A stretch of 64,000 nt of DNA from Myxococcota bacterium. Lineage in GTDB: Bacteria; Myxococcota_A; UBA796; GCA-2862545. The notes beneath the pieces were generated by a model. That model searched no databases. It saw only the letters and a program-made list of their open reading frames with translations, and was not told where the DNA came from. This document shows positions 26,334 through 35,788 of the stretch, one piece after another. How positions within the stretch are numbered: position 1 is the first letter of the stretch; every line of letters starts with the position of its first letter. Location of the stretch: contig JBCCQY010000031.1 in the NCBI GenBank assembly GCA_039208735.1, positions 1 to 64,000 on the forward strand, read 5' to 3'. The position numbers and the translations under genes were made by a program.

Positions 26334-26966
26334 ATGCGGCGCGTTGCCTTTGCCCTTGCCATGGTCGCCTGCGCGTCGGAGGACCCCTGCGCGCTCGACG
26401 TGCCGGTCGCATCCATCGATGAGGCCATTGCTCTCGTCAATGCGCTGCCTGAGTCCTCCATCACCTGCTACGTCTCCGCCCTCGCCCGGCCCCTCCAGGT
26501 CGAACTGACGTCGAACGTGTTCAGCCTGCAACCTGCACCCAGTCGTCGGTCTCCCCGCGTCTTTCTCTCTGAAGGTCCCTTGGTGACCTCGATCGTGGTG
26601 GCCGGCGACGCGAGCCATCTGATGGAGTTTGGCGAACTACGGGACGACGGCCTTTCCCTCAAGGCCGAACTCGCGTTTCCGATCGATCCTCCGGTGACCC
26701 GGTCCGACGCCTTTTTGCGGACCCGCGACATCCAAGGCACGAGTTGCGGCGTCTGCCATGCCAACGAGATCAAGGCCGCCCCTGGCGAGTTTGCCTCGGT
26801 GCCCCTCCGGCCGAATCCCGGGAGCGTGGTGCCTCTCGAGACGCTCGTGAGCGAGCACGAAGGGTGCAACCCCTTGGAAGACGAGGGACGATGCGCCATG
26901 CTCTCTGCCCTCTTCGACCACGGCGAGGTCACGCACCATCCGTTGCCCGCGACCTACCCGTTCTGA
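26334..26966 (+). CDS. Hypothetical lipoprotein with a single CxxCH motif
   Basis: MRRVAFALAMVA-C; TSCGVCH; GAGGAG RBS. Confidence 0.7.
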   Translation: MRRVAFALAMVACASEDPCALDVPVASIDEAIALVNALPESSITCYVSALARPLQVELTSNVFSLQPAPSRRSPRVFLSEGPLVTSIVVAGDASHLMEFGELRDDGLSLKAELAFPIDPPVTRSDAFLRTRDIQGTSCGVCHANEIKAAPGEFASVPLRPNPGSVVPLETLVSEHEGCNPLEDEGRCAMLSALFDHGEVTHHPLPATYPF

Positions 26967-27020
26967 CGAGCTGTACCCTACTGGTTACGGCCCCGACCGT
27001 CAGAAGTCCGAGGAGCCACC

Positions 27021-27443
27021 ATGCCGGTCGTCGCCATGGAAGTCACATCGAAGTCGCCCGTCGAAGGGGCCGACAACCTGTTTTGCTACACCTTTTCGTC
27101 GCCGGGCCAAGGCGAACTCACCATCATTGCCAACACCACCAATGTCTATGAGGTCGGTGACCGAGCCGGCATTGCTTTGGTGGGCACCAAGCTGCCCGGC
27201 CTCGAAATCAAGCCCCGCAAGGTGTTTGGCATTGCCTCGTCCGGCATGGCTTGTGGTCCCGTCGACGCCGAACTCGACTCCGACCTAAGCGATCAGTTCG
27301 ACGCCGACCGTCCGGATCGCGCCTGGACGGTGACGATCGAAGTGACCGTACAGGCGCCCTACGCCGAAGATGCGGGCCAAGTCGCGCTCAAGAAGGCCCG
27401 GAGCGAAGGCAAGGTGCTCTCCACCACCGAAACCGCCTCGTGA
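27021..27443 (+). CDS. Stand-alone tRNA-binding OB-fold (PheT B2/YtpR-like) protein
   Basis: VEGADNL...VGDRAGIALVGTKLPGLEIKPRKVFGIASSGMAC. Confidence 0.75.
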   Translation: MPVVAMEVTSKSPVEGADNLFCYTFSSPGQGELTIIANTTNVYEVGDRAGIALVGTKLPGLEIKPRKVFGIASSGMACGPVDAELDSDLSDQFDADRPDRAWTVTIEVTVQAPYAEDAGQVALKKARSEGKVLSTTETAS

Positions 27444-28873
27444 ATCGCATCGAGGCGGGCCTTGTCCCACTCGATTCGTCGACCGGGCGTCTCGTCGTGG
27501 GGGTCACGACCCTAGGGTCGGCCGTGGCGATGTTGACGTCCACCGTCGTCAATGTCGCCCTGCCCACCCTGGCCACCGACCTCGGCGCCTCGACCGCCGA
27601 GCAGCAGTGGATCATCAACAGCTACCTGCTCACGCTCGCCTCGCTGATCCTCATCGGAGGTTCCCTTGGCGACCGCTTCGGTCGCGTCCGCATCTACCGC
27701 CTGGGCGTCGCCATCTTCGCGTTCGCCTCGCTGCTCTGCGCATTGGCGCCCAACGTGACCGTCCTCATCCTCTGCCGGCTCATCCAGGGTGTGGGAGGGG
27801 CATTGCTTACCCCAGGCAGCCTGGCGATCCTCGAAGGGACGCTGCGGCCGGCCGACAAGGGCCGTGGGGTAGGCCTGTGGTCTGGTCTTGGGGGGCTCGC
27901 CGGCGCCATTGGGCCGCTCCTCGGTGGCTTGCTCGTCGAGCTGTCGTGGCGCTGGGTGTTTGTCATCAACGTGCCCCTGGCCATCGTGGTGTGGTTCCTG
28001 GCCCGAAGACTTCCCGAAAGCCGTGACGCCGACGCCTTGGCCCACCCCCTCGACATCCCGGGGGCGGTGCTCACGACCGTCGCCTTGGGCGGATCGACCT
28101 ATGGCCTCATCGAGGGCACGCGGGAGGGGTTCGCGACAATCGCCGCAGCCAGTCTCGTGCTGGCGCTCGGGGCCTTCATCGCCCTGCCGTTCGTAGAGTC
28201 CCGACAGAAAGGGGCGCTGCTGCCCATCGATTTGTTCGCGGACCGCGCCTTTCTCGGGGCGAACCTCGTCACGCTGTTGGTGTACGCGGGGCTTGGGGTC
28301 ATCTTCCTGTTGCTGTCGGTTCAGCTGCAGGTGACCGCAGGGTGGAGCCCGTTGTTCGCAGGGGCCTCGATGCTCCCTGTGACGGTGATGTTGCTCCTGT
28401 TCTCTTCGTGGGCCGGGGGTCTCGCGCAGCGCATTGGGCCTCGTTGGCCGTTGACCATCGGACTGATCATCATGGCGGCGGGCATGATGCTCTTCGTCCG
28501 TGCCGATGCCGAAGCAACCTTCCTCGAGGATGTGTTTCCCGCCGCCGTCGTGTTCGGTGCGGGATTGGCGCTTTCGGTGGCTCCCGTCACCTCGGCCGCC
28601 CTCGCTGCCGCACCCGCATCCCGCGCGGGAGCCGCCTCGGGGGTCAACAACGCGATTGCGCGTGCCGGATCCTTGCTTGCAATCGCCGCCATTCCCCCTT
28701 TGGCAGGGCTTAGCGGCGACGCGATGAGCGACCCCGAAGCCATGGCCGCGGCCTTCCCCATCGCCATCACGGTCTCCGCCTCCTTGGTGGCCAGTGGAGC
28801 CCTCGTCGCCGCCTTGCTGCTGCCCTCACGGAATCGCCGGCGGACCTCCTCACCGCCCATCTCCCTCCGTTGA
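27440..28873 (+). CDS. DHA2 (EmrB/QacA) family MFS transporter
   Basis: VVNVALP, WIINSYLL, GSLGDRFGR, WRWVFVINVP; GTG start overlapping the upstream stop. Confidence 0.92.
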   Translation: MNRIEAGLVPLDSSTGRLVVGVTTLGSAVAMLTSTVVNVALPTLATDLGASTAEQQWIINSYLLTLASLILIGGSLGDRFGRVRIYRLGVAIFAFASLLCALAPNVTVLILCRLIQGVGGALLTPGSLAILEGTLRPADKGRGVGLWSGLGGLAGAIGPLLGGLLVELSWRWVFVINVPLAIVVWFLARRLPESRDADALAHPLDIPGAVLTTVALGGSTYGLIEGTREGFATIAAASLVLALGAFIALPFVESRQKGALLPIDLFADRAFLGANLVTLLVYAGLGVIFLLLSVQLQVTAGWSPLFAGASMLPVTVMLLLFSSWAGGLAQRIGPRWPLTIGLIIMAAGMMLFVRADAEATFLEDVFPAAVVFGAGLALSVAPVTSAALAAAPASRAGAASGVNNAIARAGSLLAIAAIPPLAGLSGDAMSDPEAMAAAFPIAITVSASLVASGALVAALLLPSRNRRRTSSPPISLR

Positions 28874-28908
28874 AGGAGCCTGCGTTCTTCCCTCCTCTAG
28901 GCGAATAA

Positions 28909-28930
28909 GGTAAAGTGATTTCACTTCACC
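28909..28930. promoter_or_regulatory. Palindromic putative TetR operator
   Basis: GGT-A-AAGTGA-TT-TCACTT-C-ACC inverted repeat immediately before the RBS of the dioxygenase-tetR pair. Confidence 0.55.
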
Positions 28931-28940
28931 AGGAGGGTTC

Positions 28941-29789
28941 ATGGACGTCCCAGATCTGACGCGGTGGCTCATGGGCCGCTCGTTCGCGGCATGGCGCCAG
29001 GACTTCGACGAGCAGGGCTACATCGTGCTTCCCGATGTGCTGACGCCCGATGAGATCCAGGCGTTGCGCACCGCCTTGGCGCCCTGGCTGGAGCGCGATC
29101 GAAAGGGCCGCAACCACTTCGAGGGCCACGCCACCAACCGGGTGTACGGCATGCTCGCAAAGTCCCCGTTGTTTGCAGACCTTGTGACCCATCCATTGGC
29201 GCTGGCCTTTGCGGAGGCTGATTTGGGGGAGAGTTGCCTGCTCTCGGCGTGCTTGGCGATCAATCTGCACCCTGGGGAGACGGTTCAACCCTGGCATCAT
29301 GACGATGCCCATCTCACCTTGCCGCGACCCAGACCCTCCTGTGGAGTCAGTACGTTTTGGGCGATCGACGCCACCACGGCCGAGAATGGAGCCACCCAAG
29401 TGATTGCGGGAAGCCATCGGTGGGGGCCCGAAGGGCCAGGCGACGGTCTTCGCCACGCCTTTGGCGACCCGACGGCCTCTCCCGACCCCGAACATCATCC
29501 CGATGCGGTGTCGGTCGCCCTTTCTGCCGGGTCGTTGATGGTCGCAAAAGGCACGTTGTGGCACCGCGGAGGCGCCAACCAGACCGACCAACCGCGTCTG
29601 GTCATTACGCCGCAGTATTGCCCCGGTTGGATGCGTCCGCTCGAAAGCATGATGGCCGTCGTGCCTCGAGAAACCGCGGCTCACCTGTCGAAACGGGCTC
29701 AAGAGCTCATCGGCTATTCGATCCATCCGCCGTTCATGGGCTACGCGGACGGCATCCACCCAGGGAAGTTGCTACCTTCGGTGCCGTGA
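28941..29789 (+). CDS. Phytanoyl-CoA dioxygenase (PhyH) family protein
   Basis: QPWHHDD, ENGATQVIAGSH, LWHRGGAN..R. Confidence 0.9.
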   Translation: MDVPDLTRWLMGRSFAAWRQDFDEQGYIVLPDVLTPDEIQALRTALAPWLERDRKGRNHFEGHATNRVYGMLAKSPLFADLVTHPLALAFAEADLGESCLLSACLAINLHPGETVQPWHHDDAHLTLPRPRPSCGVSTFWAIDATTAENGATQVIAGSHRWGPEGPGDGLRHAFGDPTASPDPEHHPDAVSVALSAGSLMVAKGTLWHRGGANQTDQPRLVITPQYCPGWMRPLESMMAVVPRETAAHLSKRAQELIGYSIHPPFMGYADGIHPGKLLPSVP

Positions 29790-30382
29790 CCCCACCCCGC
29801 CGCACTCCGAAGGGCGAAGCCACTCGCCAACGCCTGCTCAACGCCGCAGGCGCCGAACTGGTAGCCAACGATGGTGTCGTCGAGATCGCGGCGGTCGCCC
29901 AACGGGCCGGCGTGTCGCCCAGTCTGCTCTACAAGTACTTCGCGGGAAAGGGCGAACTGGTGGCCGCCGTCGTCGAGTCGGTGTTTGAGCGTTTCGACGA
30001 AACGGTGATGCGCCCCGAGCTTCGTGAGGTTGGACTGACCTGGATCGTTCGGGAACGCGAGCGGGTACGACGCTTCGTCACCTTCTTCTACGACGACCCG
30101 TTGGCGCTGACGGTCGTGCGGCTGATGGTTGGCGAACCGGAAGCCGCTCAGGCGCGTCAGAGCCGCATGGCCTGGCAAACCCTGGCTGCAGCCCAAAACA
30201 TCCGGCGCGGCCAGGCCGCCGGAGATCTACCCATCGACGTCGACGCTGACGTCACCGCTGCCTTTCTGATGGGGGGCCTGTTTGAGTCCTTGTCTGTCGC
30301 CCTCACCGCCGATCCAGTCTGGGAACGACAACGCGTCACCGCAAGGCTTCAGGGGCTCTTGGCGGCGGTGGTCGCTACCTGA
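29786..30382 (+). CDS. TetR/AcrR family transcriptional regulator
   Basis: IAAVAQRAGVSPSLLYKYFAGK HTH; GTG overlaps the upstream stop. Confidence 0.88.
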   Translation: MTPPRRTPKGEATRQRLLNAAGAELVANDGVVEIAAVAQRAGVSPSLLYKYFAGKGELVAAVVESVFERFDETVMRPELREVGLTWIVRERERVRRFVTFFYDDPLALTVVRLMVGEPEAAQARQSRMAWQTLAAAQNIRRGQAAGDLPIDVDADVTAAFLMGGLFESLSVALTADPVWERQRVTARLQGLLAAVVAT

Positions 30383-32279
30383 AGAAGGCCAAGCACTTGC
30401 GCCGATCCTCGCCCGAAAGCTCGGGGCAAACGGTGCCAAGGATACGCAAGCCGGGGCCTCGCCATCCCGCCAGCACCATCGCACTGCCCGCATACGCTCG
30501 AACGCCTGCGGGAAGTACCGGGACCCGCCGGACGACCGCTTCGACCTCAGACCAACGCCCCAGCTTGACGAGCGCCGAGACCTTCAACGTGGCGACCTCA
30601 ACCTCAAGATTTGGATCGGGCCTCGCTTTCGCCAGGATCGACACGGCCAGGCGATGGGCTCCTTCGTCGATCGCGTGCGCAGCAATGCGGACCGCGGGCG
30701 CAGCGGGCACTTCACTGAGATGAGGGATCGCGAGCGCCGCTACGTCGAGGTCCTGGGGGACGGCCGCACACTCGAAAGCCGCTTTGGCGTGGCCCATCCG
30801 ATCCGCCACCTCACCCGCGGTCAGGCGAAGGGCGAACACCTCGGCACAGCCTGTGTCGTGGCCACTGGCCAGTCGTCGCGCGGCTTCGTGGAGGCGGTAT
30901 TGCCAGCTCGGTTCCGAGGCGACCGCGTCCGGGACTCCGCGAACCTGGGCGATCCACTCTCGCAATGGCGTAAGGCCCAGCTCCGCCCCTGGGGTTGGCC
31001 TCATGTCGTCCAACATCGGGTCGATGGCCCGCATCAAGTCGGCCGGGCCAAGATCGGGTCCAGACGCCATGAGCACGAACAGGCGATGCTTGGTGGCCAC
31101 CCACGCTTCGGCATACGCGCCATCGCCCGTTGTTTTGGCCTGAACTCGTAGTGCATCGACGACCCGCGGATCCCGAAGCGCGGAGGTCAGCACCTTGGCT
31201 TTGGGGCTCTTTACCAGGGCCCCGGTTGCTTCCCCGTAGACCATCCAAGGTCGTTCGGGCACGCTTCGCGCAAGCTCAACGGAACGCCGTCGTCCCTCGA
31301 CGATCTCGGCCGCCAGGCCTCGCTGATCCAAGAGGAAGGCCATGACCAGGACATCAGAGGCGCCGTCCCGAGCTTCGAGGGCGAACCCGCCCCGGGCCCG
31401 AGGCATCGCGTCAAGTCCCCATCGCCCGGCGAAGAAGGGCGTGAGGATCGACGTTGGCGAGACGGGGCCGACGTGATCGACCTCCACGCCCTCGAGTCCA
31501 AGGGCCGCGACGGCCTGGTACATCGGGTCGGGGACACGCCAATCGGGCGCCAGCGTCGGCTGCACCGCATCGACGATGGCTGACCAAGCCGGAGCGGGGG
31601 CGTACATGGCCGGCCAAAGCATGCCCTCCGCATCCAGCGTCTCGGCCAATCGACGCCCCCATCCGTAGACCGCCGCCTCGTCGTCGGGCGACAAACTGGC
31701 CTCGAGTTCGATGTTCTGAACGGTTTCCATGAGCCGAACGACGGCGTCGCCGTGCACCACCGCGCAGTACTCGTTGGCAAGCCAGGACGCATGGCCCTCG
31801 CGCAACGCTTGCTGCCCGAGTTGGGTCTCGGGCGTCTTCGCGACTTCGACGCCGTATTGGTGTTGGAGGGCGTGAACCATCTCGTGGAGCAGCACGCATT
31901 GCAGCAGCGGCTCGAGCGTCCTCGGTTCGAGTTCGAAGTCCTCGCGAAGCTCGTCGAATGCCTCCGTCACGAGATAGATGAACTCGTTGTGGGGCACGTA
32001 CACCGCAAGGGCGCCGGCGAGCAGGTGCTCCACGAAGCGCCGGGTCTCGGGGCTCGGCGTATAACGGTCCCCCTCCAGCGCCACCGCGAGCGCCGGGGGC
32101 CGCAACAGCCGTTGGCGCAATCGATCGCGCGTGGTCAGCGCCGCGCGGGGAGGCCGCACGAACGTGCGCTCGGCCCGTGCTTCCACCACGGGCACCAAGT
32201 CATCGACCAACGCCTGTGCACGTTCATCATCGACGGGTTCAGCGCATGCCCCCACCGTCATCGCCAGCGTGACCCACAT
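30375..32279 (-). CDS. Lipoprotein with HExxH zinc-metallopeptidase-like motif
   Basis: MWVTLAMTVGA-C; LLHEMVHALQHQ...ALREGHA; helical C-terminus. Confidence 0.65.
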   Translation of the reverse strand: MWVTLAMTVGACAEPVDDERAQALVDDLVPVVEARAERTFVRPPRAALTTRDRLRQRLLRPPALAVALEGDRYTPSPETRRFVEHLLAGALAVYVPHNEFIYLVTEAFDELREDFELEPRTLEPLLQCVLLHEMVHALQHQYGVEVAKTPETQLGQQALREGHASWLANEYCAVVHGDAVVRLMETVQNIELEASLSPDDEAAVYGWGRRLAETLDAEGMLWPAMYAPAPAWSAIVDAVQPTLAPDWRVPDPMYQAVAALGLEGVEVDHVGPVSPTSILTPFFAGRWGLDAMPRARGGFALEARDGASDVLVMAFLLDQRGLAAEIVEGRRRSVELARSVPERPWMVYGEATGALVKSPKAKVLTSALRDPRVVDALRVQAKTTGDGAYAEAWVATKHRLFVLMASGPDLGPADLMRAIDPMLDDMRPTPGAELGLTPLREWIAQVRGVPDAVASEPSWQYRLHEAARRLASGHDTGCAEVFALRLTAGEVADRMGHAKAAFECAAVPQDLDVAALAIPHLSEVPAAPAVRIAAHAIDEGAHRLAVSILAKARPDPNLEVEVATLKVSALVKLGRWSEVEAVVRRVPVLPAGVRAYAGSAMVLAGWRGPGLRILGTVCPELSGEDRRKCLAFFR

Positions 32280-32448
32280 CAGATTGCTCTCCGAGCGGTC
32301 CTTGTCTCGTATCTAGAATCTCCCGATGAAACACGAAAACACCCCGATCGATAGGGATCGAAAGCCATGAAAGCGTGTTTCCTCGCGCGCTGGGCGAGTA
32401 CGAGCCGAGCGTGTACGGTGGAGGCCCTGTCCGCCCCCGGAGGCCTTC

Positions 32449-33924
32449 GTGTCGGATCATCCCTCCCCCCAGCCCGGCGACAGCGTCGCCATCGTTGGCG
32501 CAGGCCCCGCTGGGCTGCATCTGGCGCGGAGACTGCTCGAGAAGGGCATTGGGGTTCATGTGTTGGAGGCCACCGACACGGTGGGTGGTCGAACCCGGAC
32601 CGTCGACGTGGGAGGAGTTCTGCAAGAACTGGGCGCGGTCTACGTCACGCCTCAGTACACGCTGCTGCATGAACTGATGGCAGACGTGGGGCTGTCACCC
32701 GACAATCAGCTGCTGCCGCCCGGCGATGACCGCCGAAGCGCCCGCCAGGTCTTCGTCGACCAAGATGGCCTGGACAAACCCGAGTCGGTCACGCTGACCA
32801 AGCACCTTTTGGGGGCTGTCGAGGCGCAAACGTTGACGGAGGCTCTCGCACCGCACGGCGTCGACGAGGACTTCATCGATCGCCTCGCCGCGGTGCTTCC
32901 CGACTCCCTTCAGGTCGGGACCATCGCGGGCGACATCTTTCGGTACCGGACGCTCCACCGCGAGCTATTCGGCGCCTACACCGGCCGGCGGCCCCCCAAA
33001 CCCAGCGCGGCCGTCTTGCGGGACCTCGACACCAGCTTCGGGGAGTTCCTCACCAAGCGCGGACTCGGCGCGTTGCTCAACCTCATGACGTTTTCGACCA
33101 CCGTCCAAGGGTACGGGCAGCCCGATGAGCTGTCCGCCTTTTACGGACTGTGGTGGAATTCACCCCCGTTCCTCAATGACTACCTCAAGAGCATTCTGGG
33201 CCTCGGTGAGCCCATCGTGCAGCTCATTCGAGCCGGGTACCAAACGGTGTGGAATCGCGTGGCCGAAGCGTTGCCGGACGGGGCCGTGCGCACCGGATTC
33301 CGTGTGAAGCAAATCCAGCGTGGCCACCGTGTGCGCATCGAAAGCGAACCGGGCGAACGCCTCGAGGTGGACTTCTTGGTTTGGACCCCGCCCCTGTCGG
33401 ACCTCCTCGAGGTGGTCGAGACGACCACCGACCGAGAACGATCGATGTTCGCATCGATGGAGAGTGCAACGGTGGTGGCCACGCTGTTCGAGGCCAACTC
33501 CACACAAATCACTGCACCCATTGCCTACTGGCTCACCGACCCGCATCGGATCCGAACCGACGGCCGGCTGTTCAGCGTCCGCAATTCCCCAGCTGCGTTG
33601 GGACTCATTCCTGTTGGCCCCCGACAGACATTCGTGGCGTACCAATACCGCCCTGACTGGGCCATAGGGCGTGAGGCAACACTCAAGGAGCAGCTCCTTC
33701 GTGACCTCGAGCCGTGGTTCGACGACGTCGCGCTACGCGACCAACGCGTGTGGCGCTATGCCATGCGATTCAATCGCGCGGGCATTCAGCAAGGATATCC
33801 TTGGCAGCTCGACGACATGCAAGGTGCCAAGCGGACTTGGTACGCTGGAGCGAGCGCGTGCTTTGACTCGGTGCACGACGTGATGGTGCACAACACGCGT
33901 CTGCTCGATCGGGTCGGGGTGTAG
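32449..33924 (+). CDS. FAD-dependent oxidoreductase (amine oxidase / PUFA-isomerase-like)
   Basis: IVGAGPAGL, VGGR, ELGA, C-terminal MQGAKRTWYAG. Confidence 0.85.
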   Translation: MSDHPSPQPGDSVAIVGAGPAGLHLARRLLEKGIGVHVLEATDTVGGRTRTVDVGGVLQELGAVYVTPQYTLLHELMADVGLSPDNQLLPPGDDRRSARQVFVDQDGLDKPESVTLTKHLLGAVEAQTLTEALAPHGVDEDFIDRLAAVLPDSLQVGTIAGDIFRYRTLHRELFGAYTGRRPPKPSAAVLRDLDTSFGEFLTKRGLGALLNLMTFSTTVQGYGQPDELSAFYGLWWNSPPFLNDYLKSILGLGEPIVQLIRAGYQTVWNRVAEALPDGAVRTGFRVKQIQRGHRVRIESEPGERLEVDFLVWTPPLSDLLEVVETTTDRERSMFASMESATVVATLFEANSTQITAPIAYWLTDPHRIRTDGRLFSVRNSPAALGLIPVGPRQTFVAYQYRPDWAIGREATLKEQLLRDLEPWFDDVALRDQRVWRYAMRFNRAGIQQGYPWQLDDMQGAKRTWYAGASACFDSVHDVMVHNTRLLDRVGV

Positions 33925-34773
33925 TCAGCCGCCCTGCCGCGACCAGGACAGCCCCAGGCCCGCGCCCAACCCTTGCGACGCGTTCTGGGCGACGAGTTCG
34001 TAGGCCAGCCGCGGTTCGAGCGAGACCCCACCGCCAAGATCGATGAGCCCGCTCACATTTCCGACCAAGAACCGACGCGTGAAGTTGTCCGCCCGAAACG
34101 CCAGTTGCGTCTCGAGACTCGCTACGCCCAAAACCCGACCAAAATCGTGGCCGATCTTGGCGATGCCCCGAACGCCATCGACGTATCGAATGTCGGTGTT
34201 CCACCCAACAAACCAGTCGGTCCGCCAAAGGTAGCCCGCGCCGCCTTCCACGAAGGTCTTGGCTCCGAGGCTCGCCCCGGCAAAGCCAAAGACCGTGACG
34301 TCAACATTGCCATCGCCCGGCTTGGGAAAGATCTCCTGGAAGTTGATGCGTTCAGCCCCCACCAGGCCGTTGCGGTACATTGGAACCTTGACCTCGACCG
34401 CAACGGCGAGCGGTTTGTCGCGGGTAACCGAGGTTTGCAACGCAAGGCGCAGATCGCCGAGCCTTGCGGTGGTGGCCCGCACCGGCAGCGCCCCAAACGC
34501 GTCAAAGACCTCAGTATTGTGGATGCCTACGATCGCCGGAGCAATGATGGTGGCCTGCACCGGGTGGCGCTTCGTCAGTCCGAACTCGGCATAAAGACCG
34601 TGTTGATGAGCGAAGTAGCTCCCCGTCGAGTCTTGGGCCTCTCCAGGGGCCCGGAACTGGAGCGCCTGGTACACGTCTGACCCCGCCTTGACATAGACGT
34701 CGCCTTGGCGCTTGGTCCAGCCTCCGGCCAGCGCGAGCGAAGGTAGGCAGAACAGCGAAAGGAGCATCGTCAC
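33925..34773 (-). CDS. Secreted, probable outer-membrane beta-barrel protein
   Basis: Signal ending ALA; alternating amphipathic strands; C-terminal GLGAGLGLSW. Confidence 0.6.
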   Translation of the reverse strand: MTMLLSLFCLPSLALAGGWTKRQGDVYVKAGSDVYQALQFRAPGEAQDSTGSYFAHQHGLYAEFGLTKRHPVQATIIAPAIVGIHNTEVFDAFGALPVRATTARLGDLRLALQTSVTRDKPLAVAVEVKVPMYRNGLVGAERINFQEIFPKPGDGNVDVTVFGFAGASLGAKTFVEGGAGYLWRTDWFVGWNTDIRYVDGVRGIAKIGHDFGRVLGVASLETQLAFRADNFTRRFLVGNVSGLIDLGGGVSLEPRLAYELVAQNASQGLGAGLGLSWSRQGG

Positions 34774-35735
34774 ACCGTGATCCGAATCTGCATGGACCCG
34801 TCGTACCCACGGAAGACATCCTCTCCCAACGGGTTCGGCGAGGTCTCCCGTCCGCTTTTCGTCATGGCCCGGACCTGGATGTCATGCTCACCAGGTTCAG
34901 CCTCCCAAAACCACGACCAGATGGCCCAGACATTCGGCCCTGCGGCGTAGTCGATCTGCGCCGGCGCCCAAGGTCCCCCATCGACCGATGCCTCGATCGA
35001 AACCACGGGATCATCTCCCGAAAATGCAGCGCCCACAAAAGCAATGCGTTCTCCAGGCATCAGCCTCTCGCCGTCCAGCGGCATCACGACCAACGTGTTG
35101 GGCTGGTTGAACGCCTCTTCGTCCCAGCCAAGCGGCGTCCAGAACGACTCGTGCGGCGTGGTCACATACGCGATCTCGCGCACCCACTTGATCCACTTCA
35201 CGCCGTAGCGGCCCGGAGCCAACATGCGGGCCGGCGCACCGTGATCGAAGGGCAGCGGTTCGCCGTTCATGCGCCACGCAAGCCACAACGGAGCCTCGAT
35301 GGGTACCCCTGCGTCGTAGTCGTCCATGCCCACCAGGCGAAGCCCTACCGCGGCTTCAGGGACGGCCACGCCGAGCTGTTCGACCACCTCGCGAAGGGGC
35401 AATCCCCCCCACACCGCGTTGCCAATTCGCACCACCGACGGTGAATGCCCAATGCATTGCAAGGTCAGCTCAACGTCGCGCGGCGTGAGCGTGGCCAGAT
35501 CCGCGGGCGTGATCTCCCTCAACACCTCGTCGTCGAGACGAAGGGTCATCGCGTGGGCCTCGGGATCGAAGCTTGGCGGCTCCCTTACTTGGTAGACGTA
35601 GAACTGGCCGATAGGTGTGATCGGCGTGAGGACGCCTCCTTCGACCCGGTCAAGGAGGACGAGACGGTCACACCCGGCCAAAGGCCAGGCGGCCGCGCTC
35701 ACACCCAATGCTTGCAGAAGCTGACGACGTTTCAT
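34770..35735 (-). CDS. Sulfite oxidase family molybdopterin oxidoreductase (Tat lipoprotein)
   Basis: KRRQLL...LAGC; TLQCIG (Mo-ligand Cys); MNGEPLPFDHGAPAR, PGRYGVKWIKW; dimerisation domain. Confidence 0.9.
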   Translation of the reverse strand: MKRRQLLQALGVSAAAWPLAGCDRLVLLDRVEGGVLTPITPIGQFYVYQVREPPSFDPEAHAMTLRLDDEVLREITPADLATLTPRDVELTLQCIGHSPSVVRIGNAVWGGLPLREVVEQLGVAVPEAAVGLRLVGMDDYDAGVPIEAPLWLAWRMNGEPLPFDHGAPARMLAPGRYGVKWIKWVREIAYVTTPHESFWTPLGWDEEAFNQPNTLVVMPLDGERLMPGERIAFVGAAFSGDDPVVSIEASVDGGPWAPAQIDYAAGPNVWAIWSWFWEAEPGEHDIQVRAMTKSGRETSPNPLGEDVFRGYDGSMQIRITV

Positions 35736-35788
35736 GGCCCTAGGGAGTCCATCGATCGGCAGCAGGATTGTCGCGAGATGTCAGGACC

